NCBI GenBank assembly: GCA_041690135.1
Contig: JAWLHY010000003.1
Coordinates: forward strand, 320,001 to 384,000
DNA length: 64,000 nt
Direction: 5' to 3'
Origin: Armatimonadota bacterium
GTDB taxonomy: Bacteria; Armatimonadota; SYMT01
Within the stretch, counting starts at the first letter, position 1, and the number at the start of each line of letters is the position of its first letter. Shown in pieces: positions 17,877-26,900 of this stretch. The notes below the pieces were generated by a model. That model was not told the DNA's origin and did no database searches. It saw only the letters and a program-made list of their open reading frames with translations. A program made the position numbers and the translations under genes.

Positions 17877-20800
17877 ATGCGCCCGTTGGCGTGTGCCGGG
17901 GGAGTGCTGGCGGGAATCGCTTTGGCGCTGACGGCGGGTGCGGCCCCGCAGCCCGCGTCCCCCGTCGGGGAACTCGCCTACTATGAGCGGGAAGTCCGCC
18001 CGATCCTGACTTCCCGCTGCCTGGGCTGCCACTCCGGGAAAAGTGAAAAGCCCGGGGGAGGTTTGCGGCTGGATCAACGTAACGCCTGGCTGAAGGGTGG
18101 CGAATCCGGGCCCGCCCTGGTTCCGGGCGATCCGGAGAAGAGCCTTCTTCTTCGGGCTGTTCGTTATCGGGACACCTCCCTGCGCATGCCTCCGGCAGGC
18201 AAGCTGCCGGACCGGGAGATCGCCGTCCTAACCGAATGGATCCGCCGCGGCGCACCCGCCCCGGCGGAAGTTCCGAGTTCCGGGTTTCGAGTTCCGAGTA
18301 AGGGGAGTCCAGGCTCGGAACTCGAAACTCGAAACTCACAGCTCGCCTCTTCCCATTGGAGCCTTCGTCCACTCCGCCGTCCGGCGGTCCCCGCGGTGCG
18401 GCAAAAGGCCTGGGTGAAAACCCCGGTCGATGCCTTTGTGCTCGCAGCGTTGGAAAAGCGCGGACTGAAGCCCAGCCCGCCGGCCGACCGCCGCACGCTG
18501 ATCCGCAGGATCACCTACGATCTCACCGGCCTGCCACCGACCCCGGAGGAAGTGGAAGCGTTCCTGGAGGACCGCAGCCTGAACGCGTGGGAGAAAGTGG
18601 TGGACCGCCTCCTGGCCTCGCCCCGCTACGGCGAGCGCTGGGGCCGCCATTGGCTGGACGTGGTCCACTACGGCGACACGCACGGGTACGACAAAGACAA
18701 GCGCCGCAACCACGCCTGGCCCTACCGGGACTACGTGATCCGCAGCTTCAACCAGGACAAGCCGTACGATCGCTTCATCCGCGAGCAGATCGCGGGCGAC
18801 GTGCTCTACCCGCAAGACCCGGACGGCATCGTCGCCACCGGGTTCGTTGCGGCCGGTCCCTGGGATTTCGTGGGCCACGTGGAGCTGAAGGAAGGCACGG
18901 TCGAGAAGGAGAAGACGCGGCTCCTCGACCGTGACGACATGGTGAGCAATACCATGTCCACGTTCACCAGCCTCACCGTCCACTGCGCCCGCTGCCACGA
19001 CCACAAGTTTGATCCGATCCCGCAGCGGGACTACTACCGGCTTCAGGCCGTGTTCGCCGGCGTGGAGCGGGGCGACCGGTCTTATCCGGACCCGGAGCGG
19101 CTTCGACTGGGAACGCGGCTGCAAGCACTCCGTAGCCGGCTAGAAGCGCTTATGAAGCAGGCGGCGAGCCGGGATGCCGCCGTGGTTCAGGCGCAAGACC
19201 GTCGCCTTGCGGAGTTGACCGGCCGTCTTGGCGCCCTGCCGCCCCTGCCGGCGGGATCTCCCAGCCCCACTAACGGCTATCACAGTGCGATCGAGTCCCG
19301 TCCCGAGGTGGAGAAGTGGGTCCAGGTGGACCTGGGCCGCACCCAAGCCCTGGAGGAGATCCGGCTGCTGCCGGCCCGCCCCACCGACTTCCGCGATACG
19401 CCCGGCTTCGGTTTCCCCCGCCGTTTCCGGGTGGCCGTTTCGGAGGAGCCTGACTTCCTGAACGCAACGGTCGTGGCGGACCATACCTCCGCGGACTTTC
19501 CGAACCCGGGGGTGAAGCCGGTAGTGATCCCCGTTTCGGGGCGAAAGGCACGTTTTGTGCGGGTGACCGCTCAGCGCCTCTGGCCGCGGACGAACGACTA
19601 CGTCTTCGCTCTCGCGGAGCTGCAGGTGATGGCGGGGAACCAGAACGTCGCAGGTACCGCTACCGTCACCTCACTAGATTCCATCGAGGCCGGGCGCTGG
19701 AGCCGTCGTTACCTGGTGGATAACTGCGACTCCCGCCACCATCTGCCGGACGCGGCGGACCCGGCGGTCGCGGCGCGCCTGCGGGAAGAAGCGCAGCTCC
19801 GACGCGCGGTCTCGGCTAGGGAAGGGGAGCGAGAGCGCCTGGTCCGGTCGCTGCTCACCCCGGCGGAACGCGAAGAGGTGCAGCGGCTGGAAGCGGAAGA
19901 ACTAGAGACCGACAAACGGCTGGCCGCCCTGCCACCGGCCCGACAGGTCTATGCCGTGCTGCCCCGGGCACCCCGCCCGGTTCACGTGCTGGCGCGTGGA
20001 GATGTGGAGCGCCCTCGGGAGCCCGCCCCGCCCGGCGCTCTGTCCTGCCTCCCGTCGTTACCGGCACAGTTCTCGCTTCCCAATCCCACCGAGGAGGGTC
20101 AGCGTCGTGCCGCCCTGGCCCAGTGGATCGCCGACCCGCGGAATCCACTCACGTGGCGCTCCATCGTCAACCGGGTCTGGCACTACCACTTCGGTCGCGG
20201 CCTCGTCGACACCCCCAACGACTTCGGCAAAATGGGCAGCCCACCCTCGCACCCGGAACTGCTGGACTGGCTGGCCTTCCAGTTCACCAGTACGAGTACG
20301 GCTAATCCAACGCAAGGGGGCAAGGGAGATGGAGGCAAGGGAACCGGGCAGTTGACAACTGACAATAGTCAATTGTCAATTGTCAATTCTTCCCACCGGC
20401 ATCCCCACAAGGCCCTCGGCAGAAGCCTCAAGAAGCTCCACCGTCTTCTCCTCCTCAGCGCCGTCTATCAGCAGTCCTCCCGGAACCAGCCGGCGCCCGC
20501 GAAGATCGACGGGGAGAACCGGCTGCTCTGGCGGATGAACCGGCAGCGGTTGGACGCGGAGTCGGTCCGGGACAGCGTCCTGGCCGTGAGCGGGAAGCTG
20601 GACCTGACGATGGGGGGTCCGGCCTTTGAACTCTTCCGCTTCAAGGACGACCACTCGCCCATCTACGACTACAGCGCCCTGGAAAAGGCCGAGGACCCTG
20701 CAACGTGGCGGCGTACGGTCTACCGATTTACGGTCCGCAGCGTGCCGAACCCGTTCCTGGACAGCCTGGACTGCGCCGACCCCAATATCAACACGCCGGT

Positions 20801-21065
20801 CCGCAACACCACGCTAACCGCCCTTCAGGCCCTGGCGCTGTTGAACGACCCTTTCATGGTGGCCCAGTCGGAGCATCTGGCCGCGCGGCTGCGGCGGGAA
20901 GCGCCGGACCTGGAAAGGCAGATTGATCTCGCCTACCGCCTGGTTCTCTCCCGGCCTCCGCAACCGGAGGAGCGCGCCGCCCTCGCCGCCTACGCCCGCA
21001 AGCACGGCCTGCCCAACGCCTGCCGTCTGCTCCTGAATACAAATGAATTTGCTTTCATCGATTAA
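17877..21065 (+). CDS. Planctomycete cytochrome c / DUF1549 / DUF1553 (PSD1) protein with a discoidin-like (F5/8C) insert
   Basis: CLGCH and CARCHDHK heme motifs; DLTGLPP, GERWGRHWLD, VNRVW..HFGRG, PSHPELLDWLA and QALALLN; WVQVDLG/ARFVRV discoidin motifs. Confidence 0.92.
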   Translation: MRPLACAGGVLAGIALALTAGAAPQPASPVGELAYYEREVRPILTSRCLGCHSGKSEKPGGGLRLDQRNAWLKGGESGPALVPGDPEKSLLLRAVRYRDTSLRMPPAGKLPDREIAVLTEWIRRGAPAPAEVPSSGFRVPSKGSPGSELETRNSQLASSHWSLRPLRRPAVPAVRQKAWVKTPVDAFVLAALEKRGLKPSPPADRRTLIRRITYDLTGLPPTPEEVEAFLEDRSLNAWEKVVDRLLASPRYGERWGRHWLDVVHYGDTHGYDKDKRRNHAWPYRDYVIRSFNQDKPYDRFIREQIAGDVLYPQDPDGIVATGFVAAGPWDFVGHVELKEGTVEKEKTRLLDRDDMVSNTMSTFTSLTVHCARCHDHKFDPIPQRDYYRLQAVFAGVERGDRSYPDPERLRLGTRLQALRSRLEALMKQAASRDAAVVQAQDRRLAELTGRLGALPPLPAGSPSPTNGYHSAIESRPEVEKWVQVDLGRTQALEEIRLLPARPTDFRDTPGFGFPRRFRVAVSEEPDFLNATVVADHTSADFPNPGVKPVVIPVSGRKARFVRVTAQRLWPRTNDYVFALAELQVMAGNQNVAGTATVTSLDSIEAGRWSRRYLVDNCDSRHHLPDAADPAVAARLREEAQLRRAVSAREGERERLVRSLLTPAEREEVQRLEAEELETDKRLAALPPARQVYAVLPRAPRPVHVLARGDVERPREPAPPGALSCLPSLPAQFSLPNPTEEGQRRAALAQWIADPRNPLTWRSIVNRVWHYHFGRGLVDTPNDFGKMGSPPSHPELLDWLAFQFTSTSTANPTQGGKGDGGKGTGQLTTDNSQLSIVNSSHRHPHKALGRSLKKLHRLLLLSAVYQQSSRNQPAPAKIDGENRLLWRMNRQRLDAESVRDSVLAVSGKLDLTMGGPAFELFRFKDDHSPIYDYSALEKAEDPATWRRTVYRFTVRSVPNPFLDSLDCADPNINTPVRNTTLTALQALALLNDPFMVAQSEHLAARLRREAPDLERQIDLAYRLVLSRPPQPEERAALAAYARKHGLPNACRLLLNTNEFAFID

Positions 21066-22530
21066 AATCCCGGTGACCCGCAGAGACCTCCTCTGGAACA
21101 GCGGCGGCGGGCTGGGCGGCATTGCCCTGGCCTACCTCCTCGGTCGCGACGGCTCCCTGGCCGAGGCCGCCGAACGGAAGGGGGCGGGAGACAGCCCCCA
21201 GGGGCCCACGCCCATCCGAACGGCCTCGCCGGGCCTGCCGCACCATCCGGCGCGGGCGAAGCGGGTCATCCAGCTCTTCATGTCCGGGGCGGCCAGTCAG
21301 GTCGATACCTTCGACTACAAGCCCGAGCTGATCCGGCGGGCGGGCCAGCCGTTCGATCCCGGCGGCAAGGTGGAGTTGTTTCAGAGCAACCCCGGCACGG
21401 TGATGCCGAGCCCCTGGAGTTGGAAGCAGTACGGCCAATGCGGGCGCTGGGTGAGTGGCCTCCTGCCGCACCTCGCCACCTGCGTGGACGACATGGCGTT
21501 CATCTACTCCATGGTCTCGAAGTCCAACGTCCATGGTCCCGCCACCTTTATGCAGAACTCCGGGTTCGTGCTACCCGGCTTTCCCAGCGCCGGTGCCTGG
21601 ATCAGCTACGGACTGGGCAGCCTCACGGACAACCTGCCCACCTTTGTGGTGCTCCCCGACTCGCGTGGCTTCGCGCCGAACGGCCCCGGGAACTGGACGG
21701 CGGCCTTCCTTCCCGCGGCGCACCAGGGGACGATGGTCCGGGTAGGTTCCAAGAACCCGATCTTCGATCTCTTTCCACCGGAGAAGGAGTACATCACCCG
21801 CGAGAGCGAGGCCGAGGGGCTCGCCCTCCTCAACCGGCTGAACCGCCGCCATCAGGAGAGCCGCGACGGGGATTCCCGCCTTTCGGCCCGCATCGCCTCC
21901 TATGAGCTGGCTGCCCGTCTCCAGCTCAGCGCGCCGGAAGTCCTCGACCTCGACAGTGAGCCGGAAAGTATGCGCAAGCTCTACGGGCTGGATCGCCCCA
22001 TCACGGAAGAATTCGGCCGGCGCTGCCTGGTCGCCCGGCGGCTACTGGAGCGCGGCGTGCGGTTTGTGCAGATCTGGAGCGGCGCCGACAACGGCTTCCC
22101 TCGCCGCAACTGGGATTCCCACGAGAACCTCGCCAAGGATCACCTTGACATGGGCACGAGCATGGACCAGCCCGCCGCGGCCCTGGTCCAGGACCTCAAG
22201 GCCCGGGGCCTGCTCGATGACACGCTGGTGATCTGGACCACCGAGTTTGGCCGCATGCCGTGCAGCCAGGGTAGCCAGGGCCGCGACCACAACCCCTCTG
22301 CCTTCACCACCTGGCTGGCGGGCGGCGGAATCCGCGGCGGCGCCACCTACGGCCAGAGCGACGAGTGGTCGTACCGCGCCGTCCAGCACCCCACCTACTG
22401 CTACGACGTCCATGCCACCGTGCTCCACCTGCTCGGCCTCGACCACGAACGGCTCACCTTCCGCCACAACGGCATCGACCGCCGCCTCACCGACGTCCAC
22501 GGCCACGTGATCCAGGATCTCCTGCTCTAG
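21043..22530 (+). CDS. DUF1501 family protein (sulfatase-like, Tat-type RR motif)
   Basis: TRRDLL..GGLGG, AKRVIQLFMSG..SQVDTFDYKP, ARRLLERGVRFVQ, WDSH, EFGR, GRDHNP and RRLTDVHG. Overlaps the upstream PSD1 gene. Confidence 0.92.
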   Translation: MNLLSSIKIPVTRRDLLWNSGGGLGGIALAYLLGRDGSLAEAAERKGAGDSPQGPTPIRTASPGLPHHPARAKRVIQLFMSGAASQVDTFDYKPELIRRAGQPFDPGGKVELFQSNPGTVMPSPWSWKQYGQCGRWVSGLLPHLATCVDDMAFIYSMVSKSNVHGPATFMQNSGFVLPGFPSAGAWISYGLGSLTDNLPTFVVLPDSRGFAPNGPGNWTAAFLPAAHQGTMVRVGSKNPIFDLFPPEKEYITRESEAEGLALLNRLNRRHQESRDGDSRLSARIASYELAARLQLSAPEVLDLDSEPESMRKLYGLDRPITEEFGRRCLVARRLLERGVRFVQIWSGADNGFPRRNWDSHENLAKDHLDMGTSMDQPAAALVQDLKARGLLDDTLVIWTTEFGRMPCSQGSQGRDHNPSAFTTWLAGGGIRGGATYGQSDEWSYRAVQHPTYCYDVHATVLHLLGLDHERLTFRHNGIDRRLTDVHGHVIQDLLL

Positions 22531-22651
22531 AAAACGAAACCCGGGCGGAAGAGTGCCTTCGCCACCGGCCAACCCCGCGTCCCTTTCGTCCCGATTTCGC
22601 GATCACCGTTCTCGCACCCTGTTTTGGACACCGACCACCATCAGGCAGCCC

Positions 22652-22885
22652 GTGGGAGTCCAGACGCTAGTCTGGTATCTCGCGATCTCGCCCCCGCCTC
22701 CCGTCTCGCCAACCCAGCAACCGCACAGGGCATCAGTGTGGAGTCGCCGATTGCATCGGCGCCTGGCGATCCTGCCTCCGCTTCCCGCCCTGTCACGCGG
22801 GACCCTGGCAGTGGAGCAGCCATCCTGGACCCCCGCCCCACGTCATCCTGAACGGCTGCCTGGCCGTAGGGCTGAAGAATCGCCT
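22652..22885 (+). repeat. Cluster of short GTGG-headed REP-like hairpins
   Basis: gtgggagt-ccagac-gcta-gtctgg; gtggagt-cgccgat-tgc-atcggcg; gtggagcagccatcctgg; gtcatcctgaa...gaagaatc. Confidence 0.45.
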
Positions 22886-22942
22886 TCGACCCTGGCGCAC
22901 GGATCCAGCTCAGGTAATCATGGAGAGAAGTGAGGTTGGACC

Positions 22943-23602
22943 TTGAATGACTACCGGTACGCGGAACCCGGCACCATCCCCGAACCCGGCGAGGCCTGGC
23001 GCGCGGTCGGCGCAAAGACCACGGTCCTGGGCCTGTGCCTGCTTGACGCGGTGCCCGTCCGGCCCTACGTGGACCCGCAGTTCGACCTCCTTACCCCGTG
23101 GCCCGGAAAGACCCTGGGCGGAGTCTTCCTCACCGCCTACGGTCCCGGCTCCACACTGGAGTACCACGAGTTCGGAGTGGTGGCCGGCTGGGTACGGCAC
23201 GGCGGACGGTCCGGGTTCTATCTCTCCCACCTCTACGTGGATAGCGAGCCCTCCGTGGAAGGCGGTCGCCGGATGGGCTACCCCAAGGAACTGGCCCGCT
23301 TCCACTGGGAAGACGGTCCGACCGGCGGCAGTGCGACCCTATATCAGGAGGAGAGACCTCTCTGCACCCTTCGCTACAGCCGTCCGGTCGGCCGCCTGCG
23401 CCTACGCCTCCAGGGAACCACCCTCTCCCGGCGAGACGATACCATCTTCCGCTTCCGCCACCGGGCCACGGCCAACTGGGGCCTCTGCCGCCTGCAACTC
23501 GACATCCCCCCGGAGAGCCCCCTGGCCCCACTCCATCTCGTCCAACCCGTGATGGCCCTGGCCGGCAACCGGCTGGAGGGCACCCTTGGCATTCCCACCT
23601 GA
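22943..23602 (+). CDS. Acetoacetate decarboxylase family protein
   Basis: LEYHEF, LYVDSE.SVEGGR.MGYPKELARF. GAGG lies upstream of the TTG start. Confidence 0.75.
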   Translation: MNDYRYAEPGTIPEPGEAWRAVGAKTTVLGLCLLDAVPVRPYVDPQFDLLTPWPGKTLGGVFLTAYGPGSTLEYHEFGVVAGWVRHGGRSGFYLSHLYVDSEPSVEGGRRMGYPKELARFHWEDGPTGGSATLYQEERPLCTLRYSRPVGRLRLRLQGTTLSRRDDTIFRFRHRATANWGLCRLQLDIPPESPLAPLHLVQPVMALAGNRLEGTLGIPT

Positions 23603-23945
23603 GAAGACACTGCAAGGAGCCGAGCCTCCTGATGAGCGAACTTCCAATTGGCGCACTCGCCGCACGAGTTCCGGCTACCGCGCCGGGTCCAAACAAAAGC
23701 CTTCGCAGCACCTTCTGGTGAGCAGAATCCCTATCGTATGCGCACCGATGTAGGCTTGCACCCCGAGGGGGTGGCAGGCTCTCCAATGCCTGCCTCGTAC
23801 TGCATGCGTACCGGTCGTGCCGTGTGGGACTCCGCTCCCGCACGCTGGAACCACCGACGCAGCCTTGAATGACCTGTCCCGCTGGGGGCGCCTGCCAGGG
23901 CGCGTTTCTGGATGCCTACCGGATGCCCAACATAGTGCCTGATCT

Positions 23946-26900
23946 CTACGCCGGTGGCGGAATCAGCAACTCATCGTCCTTCAGGCGCAGGCCGGGATAG
24001 TACGGATCCAGCTCTCCCGGCTCGTACCGGCACAAGCCAATGGCATGCCAGAAACCGGTCGGGTCGCCCCCCACCCGGTACCGACCCTCCGGCGTGAAGG
24101 CGGCCCACCCCTCCGGCAGCGGCGCCAGCACCGCCAGGCAGCGTCCGCTCTCCACGTCCCAGATGCGGATGGTTCCATCCTCGGATCCACTCGCTAGCCG
24201 CTTGCCCCAGGGGTCCCACGCCAACGCCAGCACGCCACCTTCATGCCCCGCGACACGCACTGGTTCTTGCGCCAATTGGACCGTCCACAGCTGGATCACC
24301 CCTTTTTCGTCGCCACTTGCGAGGCGCTCGCCGCCCGCGCTCCAGGCGACGGCCGTCACGCGACTTGTATGCCTCTGCATGCGCTGCAATTCTCGACCGG
24401 TACTCGCCTCCCAGATCCGCACCGTCCGATCGCTGGACCCGCTGACCAGCCGCTCTCCCTGGGGGTGCCAGGCCACCGACGCCAGAGAGTTCGTGTGTCC
24501 CTCCAGACGCCGCAATTCTCGACCGGTGCTCGCCTCCCAGATCCGCACCGTCCGATCGCTGGACCCGCTGACCAGCCGCTCTCCCTGGGGGTGCCAGGCC
24601 ACCGACGTGACACTACCCCCGTGCCCCTCTAGGCGCCGCAATTCCCGACCGGTGCTCGCCTCCCAGATCCGCAGGGTTCGATCGTCGCACCCGCTGGCCA
24701 ACCGTACTCCCTGGGGGTGCCAGGCCACGGATGTCACATTGGCCCTATGCCCGTCCAGGCGCTGCACCTCCCGACCGGTGCTCGCCTCCCAGATTCGCAC
24801 CGTTTCATCGTCGGATCCGCTGGCTAACCGCTCTCCCTGGGGGTGCCAGGCTACGCATGTCACATGGGTCCTGTGCCCGTCCAAGCGCTGCACTTCCCGA
24901 CCGGTGCTCGTCTCCCAAATCCGCACTGTTTCACCGTGGGATGCGCTGGCCAGCCGCTGTCCCTGCCAGTCCCACGCCACGCACCGTACCCAGACTGTAT
25001 GCCCTTTCAGGCGCAATACTTCCCGACCGGTGCTCGCCTCCCAGATCCGCACCGTCCGGTCTTCGGACCCACTGGCCAGCCGCTTTCCTTGCGGGTCCCA
25101 CACTACGCACCGGACCCAGTGTGCATGCCCGTCTAGACGGCGCAATTCTCGACCGGTACTCGCCTCCCAGATCCGCACTGTCCGGTCGCCGGACCCGCTG
25201 GCCAGCCGCTCTCCCTCGGGGGCCCATGTCACACACGTGACAAATTCAGTGTGTCCTTTCAGCCGTCGCAGTTCCCGACCGGTGCTTATCTCCCAGATTC
25301 GTAGGGTTCGATCGTCGCACCCACTGACCAGCCGCTCTCCCTGGGGGTGCCAGGCCACCGCCGTCACACTGCCCGCATGCCCCTCCAGACGCCGCAATTC
25401 CCGGCCGGTGCTCGCCTCCCAAATCCGCACCGTCCGGTCGTCGGACCCACTGGCCAGCCGCTCTCCCTGGGGGTCCCAGCCCACCGACGTCACACTGCCC
25501 GCATGCCCCTTCAGGCGCTGAACCTCCCGATCGGCGCTCGCCTCCCAAATCCGCACCGTCCGGTCGTCGGACCCACTGGCCAGCCACTCCCCTTGGGGGT
25601 GCCAGGCCACGGACGTCACGCTGCCCGTGTGCCCTTGCAGGTGCCGCACTGCCCGGCCGGTGCTCGCCTCCCAAATCCGCACCGTCCGGTCGTCGGACCC
25701 ACTGGCCAGCCACTCTCCCTGGGGGTCCCAGCCCACCGACGTCACGTCACCCGTGTGTCCGGCTAGGTGTCGAAGTTCCTGTCCGGTCCCCATGTCCCAA
25801 AGCACGACGACGGAACCACAGGCGCCGGCCAGCACGTCACCCCGTGGATGAAGAGCTACATCCTGAATCCGACCGACCGGACGCTGCGTAAGCGGGAGCG
25901 GCTGTTCGTCTCTCAAGGGTGGGTTGGTCCCGGCGGTGCGCGCTCGCCAGAGGTCCGCACCTTCCATATGCGTACCGTGCAGCCGGGTGCCCAGTAGGGA
26001 GGCCTGAACGAAACTTGCTCCTGTTAGGTCTGCTTCGTCCAATTCCGCACCATCCAAACGGGCGCCATGTAGTCGGGCTTTGGTGAGCAGAGAGCACTTC
26101 AAGTTCGCCCCTGCCAGGTCGGCACCCGTCAGTTCCGCCCCTGTCAGGTCAGCCTCCGCGAGATTCGCCTGCCTGAGAAGGGCCTCTCGAAGGTTCGCCT
26201 CACGGAAATAGGCGCCGCGCAGGTCCTGACCCGTGAAGTCCGAGCCGCGCAGTTCCTTTCCGGCGTACCTCTCTGGTGCAGAGCGCCCGAGGCGGGCAAG
26301 CAGCGCCCGTGCGTTCATCGCGGCTGTCTCGCCGCTGCCGCCGCCGTGTAGAGCACCTAGCGACCAGGCAACGAGCGCCTCTTTCTCTGCCAGGCCCACG
26401 AGGAACTCCCGCATCAGGAGAGAGAACTCTCGCGTTCCCAACGTAGAGGATTCACCGCGCTCCTGCAGGTCTCGTGCCACCCGGCGGGCGATCAGGAACT
26501 CCATTACGCTCTGGTGGATGAAGGAGAAGTTACCTTCGCCGTCCCGTTGGAGCAGGGTGCCGGAGCCGACCTGGAACGCGGCGCCCGCGGCATCGACGGG
26601 GTTGGCATCCAGGGAGAGGAGGCGGGCCTGCATCTCTTCGGTCAGGTCGCGGACGTTGACGCTCGCCTCCAGGCGGTCCCACAGGCGGAGCGCGACCTGG
26701 GTCACCGCTTCCCACCGGTCCTGGGGGCTCAAAGTGGGAGGCGCCCCGGAGGGTTGCGCCCGCTGAACCTCGTAGCGGAACCAGCGTTCGATCAACTGCT
26801 CGTAAAGGCCCGCGGCGGTGATCGCTTCCCCCTCGCGCTTCGCCGCCTGGAGATCCTCATCTTCCAACTCCGCGATGAAGCTGAGCATGCGGGGGTTGTG

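Noticed and set aside
24040-25521. Repetitive 493-aa plus-strand ORF
   Set aside because: Mirror of the WD40 repeats; its periodicity is fully explained by the minus-strand gene.
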